64,000 nucleotides of DNA from Bacteroidales bacterium (GTDB lineage Bacteria; Bacteroidota; Bacteroidia; Bacteroidales; Paludibacteraceae). The stretch spans positions 15,995 to 79,994 of the forward strand of contig JAAYSS010000065.1 of NCBI GenBank assembly GCA_012518275.1, given 5' to 3'. The position numbers and the translations under genes are program-made. Positions 18,542 to 27,394 of the stretch are shown piece by piece; positions within the stretch are counted from its first letter, which is position 1; each line of letters begins with the position of its first letter. The notes beneath the pieces were generated by a model, which did not search any database, had not been told where the DNA came from, and was given only the letters and a program-made list of their open reading frames with translations.

Positions 18542-19543
18542 ATGAAATACATTCCTTCTCCCGATAGATATACAACAAAATCTGTCGGCTATAACTATTG
18601 TGGAAAAAGCGGACTAAAACTCCCGAAAATATCACTTGGCTTATGGCATAATTTCGGTGATATAAGTGACCAAGACGAAGCACGGAAGATGCTTCACACG
18701 GCATTTGACAACGGAATTACTCATTTCGATTTGGCAAATAATTATGGCACTCCGTTCGGAAGTGCAGAAACCAATTTTGGAAAATTTCTGAAAAGTGATT
18801 TCGCTTCTTATCGCGATGAGCTAATTATTAGTACCAAAGCCGGATACTTCATGTGGGACGGTCCGTATGGAAACTGGGGTTCTCGTAAATACCTTATTGC
18901 CAGTCTTCATCAAAGCTTAAAGCGAATGGGACTCGATTACGTGGATATTTTTTACTCACACCGCTACGATCCGAACACTCCGCTTGAAGAAACGATGGGT
19001 GCACTTTCGGATATGGTAAAGCAAGGTAAAGCACTCTATGCCGGCATTTCAAGATATCCTTCAGAAAAAGCGCGAGAAGCATTTAGAATTCTTAATGCAA
19101 ATGGTACTCCTTGCTTGATTCATCAAGATAAATACAACTTATTCAGCCGTGATGTAGAACAATCAATTTTTCCACTGGTGGAAGAACAAGGAATTGGGCT
19201 TATTGCATTCTCGCCGTTGGCACAAGGACTTCTGACTGACAAGTACTTGGAAGGAATTCCGAAAAATTCGCGCGCAGCGCAAAAAACTGGATTTTTACTA
19301 AAAAATCAGATTACCCCACAAATAATCGAAAAGGTAAAAAAATTGAATGACTTTGCTAAAAAGCGGAAACAGTCGCTGGCTCAAATGGCGCTCGCTTGGT
19401 GTTTAAGAGATTCACGCGTAAATTCAGTTATTATTGGAGCAAGTTCTGTTGAGCAGCTGAAAGATAACATTAACGCGTTGGAAAATCTTGACTTTACCGA
19501 TGAAGAATTGTGGCTAATCGGGGAGATTGCGGGAAGCAATTAA
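18542..19543 (+). CDS. aldo/keto reductase (YghZ/Gpr L-glyceraldehyde-3-phosphate reductase-like)
   Basis: SLGLWHNFG, HFDLANNYG, STKAGY, FYSHR, FSPLAQGLLT. Confidence 0.9.
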   Translation: MKYIPSPDRYTTKSVGYNYCGKSGLKLPKISLGLWHNFGDISDQDEARKMLHTAFDNGITHFDLANNYGTPFGSAETNFGKFLKSDFASYRDELIISTKAGYFMWDGPYGNWGSRKYLIASLHQSLKRMGLDYVDIFYSHRYDPNTPLEETMGALSDMVKQGKALYAGISRYPSEKAREAFRILNANGTPCLIHQDKYNLFSRDVEQSIFPLVEEQGIGLIAFSPLAQGLLTDKYLEGIPKNSRAAQKTGFLLKNQITPQIIEKVKKLNDFAKKRKQSLAQMALAWCLRDSRVNSVIIGASSVEQLKDNINALENLDFTDEELWLIGEIAGSN

Positions 19544-19565
19544 AGTATACCCTGCATAAATTTTA

Positions 19566-20531
19566 ATGATAAGAAAAGAAAAAAAACGTGCACCGAGAAA
19601 TCAAACGCTGACTTTGACCGATGAAGAACGGAAAGAGTTGGCGTTGAATCTTTTTATTCCAAATGAAGGTAATCCGCTGAAAATAAAAGAAATATTAAAT
19701 AAAACGATTCTTTCTGACTTATTTGATATAATTGATTTTCTGCCGGAAGCATTTGCTGATTTAATTATCATTGACCCGCCGTACAACCTGAGCCGTGATT
19801 TTCACGGATTCAAATTCAAAGCAATCAGCCATGATGCCTACCTTGAATACCTTCGTTCTTGGTTCCCACAAATTGTGAAATGCTTGAAACCCAACGGTTC
19901 GCTTTATATTTGTGGTGACTGGAAAAACACATCTGCACTTCATCAGATAATGAGTGAACATCTTACCGTAATGAATCGGATTACTTGGCAGCGAGAAAAG
20001 GGGCGCGGTGCCAAGTCTAATTGGAAAAACGCGATGGAAGATATTTGGTTTGGCGTGAAAAATCCGGATAATTATTATTTTGATGTGGAAGCAGTAATGA
20101 TGAAACGACGAGTTATTGCACCTTACAGAAAAGATGGCAAGCCGAAAGATTGGGAAGAAACAGATGAAGGAAATTTTCGCATCACGCACCCATCCAACTT
20201 CTGGGATGATATCAGCATTCCTTTTTGGTCGATGCCTGAAAATACCGATCATCCCACGCAAAAACCGGAAAAACTAATTGCCAAGCTCATTCTTGCTAGT
20301 TCGCCGGAAGGTGCTCTGGTTTTTGACCCGTTCCTTGGGTCGGGGACAACTTCGGTTGTGGCTAAAAAACTGAAAAGAAATTTTGTAGGCATTGAAATGA
20401 ATAGAGAATATGCACTTTGGGCTGAGAAAAGATTACAGAGATGTGAGCAATTCCCTGAGATTCAAGGTTATCATGACAATGTATTTTGGGAGAGAAATAC
20501 ATTAAAATATCAAAAGTCAAAGTCGGATTGA
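19566..20531 (+). CDS. site-specific DNA methyltransferase, N6-A/N4-C, beta class
   Basis: Catalytic DPPY precedes HPTQKP and SAM-binding DPFLGSGTT (beta order). Confidence 0.92.
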   Translation: MIRKEKKRAPRNQTLTLTDEERKELALNLFIPNEGNPLKIKEILNKTILSDLFDIIDFLPEAFADLIIIDPPYNLSRDFHGFKFKAISHDAYLEYLRSWFPQIVKCLKPNGSLYICGDWKNTSALHQIMSEHLTVMNRITWQREKGRGAKSNWKNAMEDIWFGVKNPDNYYFDVEAVMMKRRVIAPYRKDGKPKDWEETDEGNFRITHPSNFWDDISIPFWSMPENTDHPTQKPEKLIAKLILASSPEGALVFDPFLGSGTTSVVAKKLKRNFVGIEMNREYALWAEKRLQRCEQFPEIQGYHDNVFWERNTLKYQKSKSD

Positions 20532-20554
20532 TTCGTTAATCTCTGTAATAAAAA

Positions 20555-21034
20555 ATGAAAAGTTTCGTTTTTATTAAAAAACTTGACTTTTTGAAATTAA
20601 TCCGATACATACCACTTGTTTTTTTAATTCTCCTTTTAAGTTGCGAAAATGATGAACAGAGAAGAATTCCGGATGTCCCTGTTTATTTAGAACTCGACTT
20701 GACAGGCAGATATAGCACCTTTCGAAATCCTTACGACACAGTGGTTTACGAGCGTTCGCAGATTGTAAAGGACTACGTCGGTTTTGGCGGGATATTGGTC
20801 AATATCGGCTACGATGGAAACTACTACGCCTACGACCTTGCCTGCCCTTACGAAGTAAATCCAAGCATCCGTATTTATCCCGATGAAAGCGGAATAAAAG
20901 CTGTTTGCAGAAGTTGCGGGTCAGAATTTGAGATTTGGAACGGCACGGGAATGGTCTCAAAATCACCTTCCAAATGGAATTTGAAAAGGTATCAAACTTA
21001 CGTACTCGATGGAATTTTGTATGTAACCAGATAG
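20555..21034 (+). CDS. Rieske-fold-like lipoprotein
   Basis: Lipobox LLSC; YAYDLACPYE..AVCRSCGSEF..G..LKRY pattern. Confidence 0.65.
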   Translation: MKSFVFIKKLDFLKLIRYIPLVFLILLLSCENDEQRRIPDVPVYLELDLTGRYSTFRNPYDTVVYERSQIVKDYVGFGGILVNIGYDGNYYAYDLACPYEVNPSIRIYPDESGIKAVCRSCGSEFEIWNGTGMVSKSPSKWNLKRYQTYVLDGILYVTR

Positions 21035-21043
21035 TCGAAAACT

Positions 21044-22132
21044 TCACCACTTTTTGTTTTTCCTTCCAAAAACAGCACATCCTGCCGTAAGAAGCACATA
21101 AAAAGGATAAATAAATGAAAAAAGCAGGCTGTTTGTGAGTACGTTTTTCAAATTAAAAAATGATTGGATTGTTCTGAAAAACATCAAATCCACAATCCAT
21201 TTAGATACAAAAAGTGCTAGGGACAAGTATAAAAAACGGACATTTACGAAAGCAAGAACCAAGTTTAGCACTATTAAAAAGCAAATGGCGAAAACAGATA
21301 TTGCCGTGAAAGCAAATTGAAAATCTTTGAAAGCAGACAGCTTGGAAACCCACCTTTTTCGTTGTTTGAAAAATGATATTACGCTTCTCGAAGGACGCGT
21401 AACCACCATAGCATCAGTCGATTTTAAGAAACGAATAACACCTTTTCGCCTTTTAATACTTTGAAGCAGGAAAATATCATCACCGCTTGGTTCATCAAAA
21501 TGCAATTCTGATTCGCTCATCAGCCACGCATCACGCCTGAACGCTAAATTAGCGCCGTTGCACAGAATCGGCTTTCCGGCACCGACCGCCCCGACGCCTG
21601 ACGCCACCAAGCTGGCAAACTCAAACTGTTCGAAATGACCGATAAACGCATTGCTTTCGCCCGTTTTTACAGGACAGATAATCAAATCGGAAGGGTTTTT
21701 TTCGTAAAATAGAACGATGGTTCTCAGCCAGTCGGACGATGGAATAGAATCTGCATCTAACGTGATAATCAATTCGTTTTCAGATAGATAAATACCTGTG
21801 TAGATGGCGCTTTTCTTGCCTGAGCCTATGCTTTTTCTTGCTTTTAATGTCGGCCAATAAAGGCTTACTCTTACGGCAAACTCGTATGAACCATCTATCG
21901 AGTTGTCGTCCACCACGATAAGCTCAAAATTGCGATAACTCTGCTCGTTGATTGCTTTGAAAAGTTGTGGAAGATTGTCAACTTCGTTTTTGCAAGGCGT
22001 GATAATGGTAACTCGGGTTTGCAGTTCAGACTTTTCTGCCTTGAAAAAAGGAATAGTGTTCCAGCCTTTGATAAATTTAATTATCAAAAACGAGTAAACA
22101 AATAGAATTATTAAAGAAATCAAGACTGTCAT
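21044..22132 (-). CDS. glycosyltransferase family 2, membrane-bound
   Basis: VVDDNS, LDAD, GDD, QRKRW motifs plus TM helices. Confidence 0.9.
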   Translation of the reverse strand: MTVLISLIILFVYSFLIIKFIKGWNTIPFFKAEKSELQTRVTIITPCKNEVDNLPQLFKAINEQSYRNFELIVVDDNSIDGSYEFAVRVSLYWPTLKARKSIGSGKKSAIYTGIYLSENELIITLDADSIPSSDWLRTIVLFYEKNPSDLIICPVKTGESNAFIGHFEQFEFASLVASGVGAVGAGKPILCNGANLAFRRDAWLMSESELHFDEPSGDDIFLLQSIKRRKGVIRFLKSTDAMVVTRPSRSVISFFKQRKRWVSKLSAFKDFQFAFTAISVFAICFLIVLNLVLAFVNVRFLYLSLALFVSKWIVDLMFFRTIQSFFNLKNVLTNSLLFSFIYPFYVLLTAGCAVFGRKNKKW

Positions 22133-22154
22133 TTCAAATTTTTTACAGACACTT

Positions 22155-22994
22155 TCACTCCACTTCCACGTGCTCCGCTACAATATCATCAGCCAAAAAT
22201 ATGGAAGCTGACGATGAAAATTTCTCGGGATTTTCGGTGGTTAAATAGCGTGTTCTGCCGTTTTTAGAGCATTTTTCGTCTATTTCAGGATGCCTGTGAA
22301 GATAGTCCGCCAAGCTCTTCGCCACGATTTCACCTTGCGAGATTACTGTTACGTTCGTCGGCAGTTCCTTTTCTATTTTCGATTTCAAAAGCGGATAGTG
22401 CGTGCATCCCAAAATCACGGTGTCAATTTTCGAATCGGCGCTCATTAGGTTTTTTGTGTGTTTTTTTACAAAAAAATCAGCTCCTGCGTCCAAATGCTCG
22501 TTGTTTTCAATAAGCGGAACCCACATCGGACACGCTTCAGAAACCACTTTTATTTCAGGAAATAATTTCTGAATCTCGAGTGGATAAGAATTTGATTTCA
22601 CTGTTCCTTCCGTTCCGAAAAGCCCGATGTGATTGGTTTTCGTGTATTTCCCAATCTCTTCGGCAGTGGGGCGGATTACGCCGAGCACTCGACGCAAAGG
22701 GTCAATCTTCGGTAGATCATTTTGCTGTATCGTCCGTAAAGCCTTTGCTGATGCCGTGTTACATGCTAAAATCACCAAGTGGCATCCTTGCCTGAAAAGA
22801 TACTCCACGCATTGGAGCGTGAATTTGTAAACAACATCGTACGATCGTGTACCATATGGCGTTCTGGCATTATCTCCCAAGTATAAAAAATCATACTCAG
22901 GCAACTCTTTTCTAATTTTATCCAAAATGGTCAGTCCGCCGTAGCCAGAGTCAAAAATACCGATAGGCGATGCGGTAAACGAGATTTTACTCAT
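22155..22994 (-). CDS. murI: glutamate racemase
   Basis: FDSGYGG, ACNTAS, LGCTHYP; start moved to ATG 22994 because a TACTTTTG -7 box lies at 23024-23017. Confidence 0.96.
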   Translation of the reverse strand: MSKISFTASPIGIFDSGYGGLTILDKIRKELPEYDFLYLGDNARTPYGTRSYDVVYKFTLQCVEYLFRQGCHLVILACNTASAKALRTIQQNDLPKIDPLRRVLGVIRPTAEEIGKYTKTNHIGLFGTEGTVKSNSYPLEIQKLFPEIKVVSEACPMWVPLIENNEHLDAGADFFVKKHTKNLMSADSKIDTVILGCTHYPLLKSKIEKELPTNVTVISQGEIVAKSLADYLHRHPEIDEKCSKNGRTRYLTTENPEKFSSSASIFLADDIVAEHVEVE

Positions 22995-23219
22995 AATGAA
23001 AATACAGATTAATAAACAAAAGTATGTTATTTTTTTCAAAATGAAAAATATACAGAAAAAGACGAACTTTGCTGCCAATTTGGCGTGTTATTTTTGGTTT
23101 TCCAAGAATAGATCTATCTGATTAAATTACAATAGGTAGCGTGCTCGATTGGATGTGTTTTGAGTTGTTTTTAACAACGCTAATTTTTAAAAACAAGACA
23201 AAATGACCGAACTGTTCAA

Positions 23220-23236
23220 TTGGTATTTGTTTTGCA
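23220..23236 (+). promoter_or_regulatory. putative sigma54 -24/-12 promoter of hsp20
   Basis: TTGGTATTTGTTTTGCA has GG(23222-3)-N10-GC(23234-5), about 60 nt before the ATG. Confidence 0.5.
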
Positions 23237-23295
23237 ATAAATAGGGCGGAAACAATAATAAAAAATAACACTTAAAAAAAGAAAGGAAACAAATT

Positions 23296-23730
23296 ATGAC
23301 ACTAGTTAGATTTACAGGCAATCCATTGATTGACCGTTTTTTTGACACCGATTTATTTGATTGGACTTCAAGAAATTATTCAAAAACAAACACCACTTTA
23401 CCTTCGGTAAATGTGAAAGAAAATGACAACGAGTTCGGAATTGAAGTAGCCGCACCTGGTTTTGACAAAGACGATTTCAAAATTGAAGTGCACAATGACA
23501 CACTGACTATTTCTTCTGAAAAACAAGAAGAAGAAAAGGAATCAGACGAAAGCGCCTGCTACACGAAGCGTGAGTTTAGTTACCAGGCTTTCACACGTTC
23601 ATTTACACTTCCTGAGTCTGCCGATGGCGACAAGGTGGAAGCTGCTTACAAAAAGGGAATTCTTACGGTTACGATTCCGAAAAAGGAAGAAGCTAAACCG
23701 AAAGCTCCTAAAGTGATTGAAATTAAGTAA
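23296..23730 (+). CDS. Hsp20/alpha-crystallin small heat-shock protein
   Basis: PSVNVKE..APGFDKDDF..REFSY..FTRSFTLP..A.Y.KGILTVTIPK. Confidence 0.95.
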   Translation: MTLVRFTGNPLIDRFFDTDLFDWTSRNYSKTNTTLPSVNVKENDNEFGIEVAAPGFDKDDFKIEVHNDTLTISSEKQEEEKESDESACYTKREFSYQAFTRSFTLPESADGDKVEAAYKKGILTVTIPKKEEAKPKAPKVIEIK

Positions 23731-23741
23731 ATAATAGCTCT

Positions 23742-23776
23742 AAAGTCTCTTCGTTTATGGGCGAAGAGACTTTTTT
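23742..23776 (+). terminator. intrinsic terminator after hsp20
   Basis: Stem AAAGTCTCTTCG / CGAAGAGACTTT followed by T-run. Confidence 0.85.
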
Positions 23777-23800
23777 ATGCAATAAATTGTAATTTATTTC

Positions 23801-24097
23801 ATGCAGACTTTTCAAGAAATAATTAATTCAAACACACCGGTGTTAGTCGATTTTCACGCTACTTGGTGCGGACCTTGCAAAGCAATGGCACCTACAATTG
23901 AAACCATTGGGAGAGAAGTGCAAGGCAAGGCGCGCGTGTTAAAAATTGATGTAGACAAAAATCCTGCTGTGGCTGCCAAGTATCAGATTCAGTCCGTTCC
24001 GACATTAATGATTTTCAAAAACGGCAATATCGTTTGGCGCCAATCCGGTGGAATGGATAAGATGTATTTGAAGAATGTATTGATGGGGTTTGTTTAG
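23801..24097 (+). CDS. trxA: thioredoxin
   Basis: 98 aa, WCGPCK active site. Confidence 0.93.
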   Translation: MQTFQEIINSNTPVLVDFHATWCGPCKAMAPTIETIGREVQGKARVLKIDVDKNPAVAAKYQIQSVPTLMIFKNGNIVWRQSGGMDKMYLKNVLMGFV

Positions 24098-24335
24098 AAA
24101 TTCTAAAGCAAAAAAGTAAATGCCGATAAAGTCTTTGTACTTGTCGGTGGTTTGTGTTTTTTAAAAACTTAAGTTTGGATTTATTCCATTATTTTGTGTT
24201 GATTTTGAAACCGTTTTGACATCTATTTGTAAAATAGTACAAAAAAATCATCTTTTTTAAATCTTTTTTCATAAACCTTATTCCCTTATTGAAAAAATCA
24301 CTATCTTGCGGTTTCAATTAAAAAATAAACAATTT

Positions 24336-26099
24336 ATGAAACAATTTCTTAAATTCACATTAGCCACGATAGTTGGTATTATCATTACTTCGTTGATAGG
24401 TCTATTGATTTTTTTCGGTATAGTTGGTGCTTTTGCTGCATCGTCTGAAAAAAAGGTAAAAACATCACCTAACTCTGTCTATGAGTTGGAGCTGAAAGGC
24501 AATCTGATAGAACGTTCTAAGGATGATCCGTTTTCTTCGGTTTTCGCGAGCTCCATGGGGCAGTCGGCAGTTAAAACCATTGGTTTGGACGATGTCCTTG
24601 CCAATATCAAAAAAGCTAAAAATGACGACAACATCCTTGGCATTTACCTGAATGGTGGTATGTTGAGTGGTGGCTTTGCTTCGCTAAAGGAAATTCGTGA
24701 TGCGTTGGAAGATTTTAAAACTTCTGGAAAATTCATTGTAGCTTATGCCGATATGTATAGCCAAAAAAACTATTACTTGGCTTCGGTGGCCGACAAAATT
24801 TATCTCAATCCTATCGGAATGGTTGAGTTGCAAGGAATTGCAGCTAACTCGGCTTTTATTAAAAACACCCTTGACAAACTGGGAGTAGAAATGCAGGTGG
24901 TGAAAGTGGGGACTTTCAAATCAGCCGTAGAACCTTACATTCAGACTAAAATGAGTGATGCTAACAAAGAGCAAGTCAATGTGTTTGTTAGCTCGATTTG
25001 GAATAATATGCTTTCGGCAATTTCAAAATCACGTAATATTTCTACCGAGCAATTAAACCAATTAGCCGATGAAAACGTAACTTTCATGACTCCTGAAGCT
25101 ATTCTGGGACACAAATTGGTGGATTCGCTGACTTACGCTGATGGGATGAAAGATGTAATAAAAAAAATGGCAAAGCAGAAAGAGTCCAAAGATGTAAAAT
25201 ACCTATCACATTCTAAAATGAACAACGTGGCTGTTTCTGAAAAAATGAGAAAAGAGAAAATTGCCGTGATTTATGGTGTCGGAGGCATTGATATGCCAGA
25301 AAGGGATGGGATTGTTTCGGAAGATTTGGTAAAAACCATCCAAAAAGTGAAAGATGAAAAAACGGTTAAAGCTGTTGTGCTCCGAATCAACTCGGGCGGC
25401 GGCAGCGCTTACGGCTCCGAGCAGATTTGGCACGCAATTGAACAATTGAAAAAAGAAAAACCGGTGATTGTGTCAATGGGCGATTACGCAGCTTCAGGCG
25501 GATATTATATTGCTTGCGATGCAGATACTATTCTTGCTCAACCCAATACGCTGACAGGTTCTATCGGAATTTTTGGATTGATTCCCAATATCGATGGTTT
25601 GAATAAGAAAATAGGGTTGACGTACGACGGAGTGAAAACTAATAAACTCAGTGATGCTATAACCTACAATCGTGCTTTCACACCCGAAGAAAGGAATCTG
25701 ATGCAGAACTCAATAAATCGCGGTTATGAATTATTCACGAAACGGTGTGCAGATGGCAGGAGTATGCAAATCGATTCGCTTAAAGCCATTGCCGAAGGGC
25801 GTGTGTGGACCGGCGAAGACGCTAAACGACTTGGGTTGGTGGACGAACTCGGTGGGTTGAATGATGCCATTACTATTGCGGCGAAAAAAGCTGGACTGGA
25901 AAAATATTCGCTCAAATCATATCCAGAGAAAGAAGACTTTATGACCACGCTGCTTAAAGAGTTTAGTGGTGATGCAGAAGTGAAATTCCTGAAAAAATCG
26001 ATTGGGAACGAAAATTATCAAATCTTGAAACAAATCGAAGAAGCAAAATCGATGAACGGAATTTATGCGTTGATGCCAATGAGTTTTACATTTAATTAA
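24336..26099 (+). CDS. sppA: signal peptide peptidase SppA, 67K type
   Basis: Tandem S49 domains, FKSAVEP, RINSGGGS, AASGGYY, TGSIG; ATG 24336 chosen. Confidence 0.95.
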   Translation: MKQFLKFTLATIVGIIITSLIGLLIFFGIVGAFAASSEKKVKTSPNSVYELELKGNLIERSKDDPFSSVFASSMGQSAVKTIGLDDVLANIKKAKNDDNILGIYLNGGMLSGGFASLKEIRDALEDFKTSGKFIVAYADMYSQKNYYLASVADKIYLNPIGMVELQGIAANSAFIKNTLDKLGVEMQVVKVGTFKSAVEPYIQTKMSDANKEQVNVFVSSIWNNMLSAISKSRNISTEQLNQLADENVTFMTPEAILGHKLVDSLTYADGMKDVIKKMAKQKESKDVKYLSHSKMNNVAVSEKMRKEKIAVIYGVGGIDMPERDGIVSEDLVKTIQKVKDEKTVKAVVLRINSGGGSAYGSEQIWHAIEQLKKEKPVIVSMGDYAASGGYYIACDADTILAQPNTLTGSIGIFGLIPNIDGLNKKIGLTYDGVKTNKLSDAITYNRAFTPEERNLMQNSINRGYELFTKRCADGRSMQIDSLKAIAEGRVWTGEDAKRLGLVDELGGLNDAITIAAKKAGLEKYSLKSYPEKEDFMTTLLKEFSGDAEVKFLKKSIGNENYQILKQIEEAKSMNGIYALMPMSFTFN

Positions 26100-26121
26100 A
26101 AAACACATCTCATAAAAGAAC

Positions 26122-26167
26122 AAAGAGTGCGATTGGCAAAAGATTTCTTGCTAATCGCACTCTTTTT
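26122..26167. terminator. bidirectional intrinsic terminator
   Basis: AAAGAGTGCGATTGGCAA / TTGCTAATCGCACTCTTT between convergent sppA and the radical SAM gene. Confidence 0.85.
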
Positions 26168-26190
26168 GAAAAAAGCCAGAGTTCCAAATT

Positions 26191-27207
26191 TTATCTCTCC
26201 GTGCAATTCCTGCACATATCAAACTGCTTTCGGTTTTCTAAAATCTTTTTTCTGAAACGGTATGCCTTGGGGCTGTGCCACGATTTTTCAAAACTTTCGT
26301 TGTTCACGTTTCCAAATACGAACGAACTGTCTTTATCAAAACAGCAGGGAAGAACTTCGCCCCGTGAGTTAATCACAGCACCATTCCACAGTCTTTTGCA
26401 ACTGTTTCTCAAAGGTGATTTTATATGGTACTTTCCGTCAGTGCGAAGTTCGTATCGGGCATATTTTTTAAGGGTCGTAAGGAATGGATTCCCGTTTTCA
26501 AAATCATAAAGCTGGGCGCTTTTGAACGTCAGTTTGTCAACTTTCAGCTTTTTGGCGAGCCGTTTCATGTCGCCCATCTGGTGTTCGTTGGTTTTCAGCA
26601 CAATAAACTGAATTTCAACCAGCGGGGAAGCCGACCTTAATTCTTTTTTCCACTTTACAACAAGCTCAATCGCTTGAATTACTTTTTCCAGATTCCCGCC
26701 CACGCGGTAGGCTTCATATGTTTCCTGAGTAGTTCCATCCATTGAAATTATCAGCCTATCCAACCCCGATTCCACAATGTTTTTCGCTAATTCATCTGTA
26801 AGTAGCTGTGCATTTGTGGAAGTGGATGTAAGCAATTTTTTAGCGTGGGCATATTTTACCAAATCCACGAAATTTTTGCTAATTAGCGGTTCTCCTTGAA
26901 AATAGAGAATCACATGCGTCAAAGTCGGAGCAAGCTCGTCAAGCAGTCTTTTGGCAGTTTCTAAACTGAAATTTACCGCTTCAACCTGCTGTGTGCACAT
27001 CCCGACAGGACATTCAGGGCATTTCAAATTACAAATATTTATCGGTTCAATGGAAACAAACAGCGGTTTTATCTTCCACTTCGTGAGAACACCAAATGTG
27101 GATAACCGATATGAAAGCCACAATCTAAATGCATTCATCAACTTTCTTGGTTGCGTGGAAACTTTAATAATCCTTAAAAAATAGTATAGCCGATTGATGT
27201 TTTTCAA
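26191..27207 (-). CDS. radical SAM protein with SPASM/Twitch domain
   Basis: CNLKCPEC (CX3CX2C), YFQGEP, C-terminal CKRLW..GEVLPCC..CRNC; TTG start; -7 box at 27241-27234. Confidence 0.9.
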   Translation of the reverse strand: MKNINRLYYFLRIIKVSTQPRKLMNAFRLWLSYRLSTFGVLTKWKIKPLFVSIEPINICNLKCPECPVGMCTQQVEAVNFSLETAKRLLDELAPTLTHVILYFQGEPLISKNFVDLVKYAHAKKLLTSTSTNAQLLTDELAKNIVESGLDRLIISMDGTTQETYEAYRVGGNLEKVIQAIELVVKWKKELRSASPLVEIQFIVLKTNEHQMGDMKRLAKKLKVDKLTFKSAQLYDFENGNPFLTTLKKYARYELRTDGKYHIKSPLRNSCKRLWNGAVINSRGEVLPCCFDKDSSFVFGNVNNESFEKSWHSPKAYRFRKKILENRKQFDMCRNCTER

Positions 27208-27394
27208 GATGTTTTACTTCTTAAAAAGAATAACAAAGATAAAGGAAACTGAGCATTTAAAACGAAAAGCATTAAACATTTAACAAAAAACGGTTTCAAA
27301 TGTTAAAATATATTTTTGATACAATAAAAATGAGATATTATGGGTAATTTTGTCTAAGAGATTATCAAATAAATTAACATACAAGAAAGTCATT

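Noticed and set aside
19566..21034. Type II restriction-modification pair
   Set aside because: The downstream ORF has a lipoprotein signal and no nuclease motif.
26100..27394. RiPP biosynthetic cluster around the radical SAM gene
   Set aside because: No precursor ORF, RRE protein, peptidase-transporter or second tailoring enzyme; the flanks are a terminator and promoter DNA.
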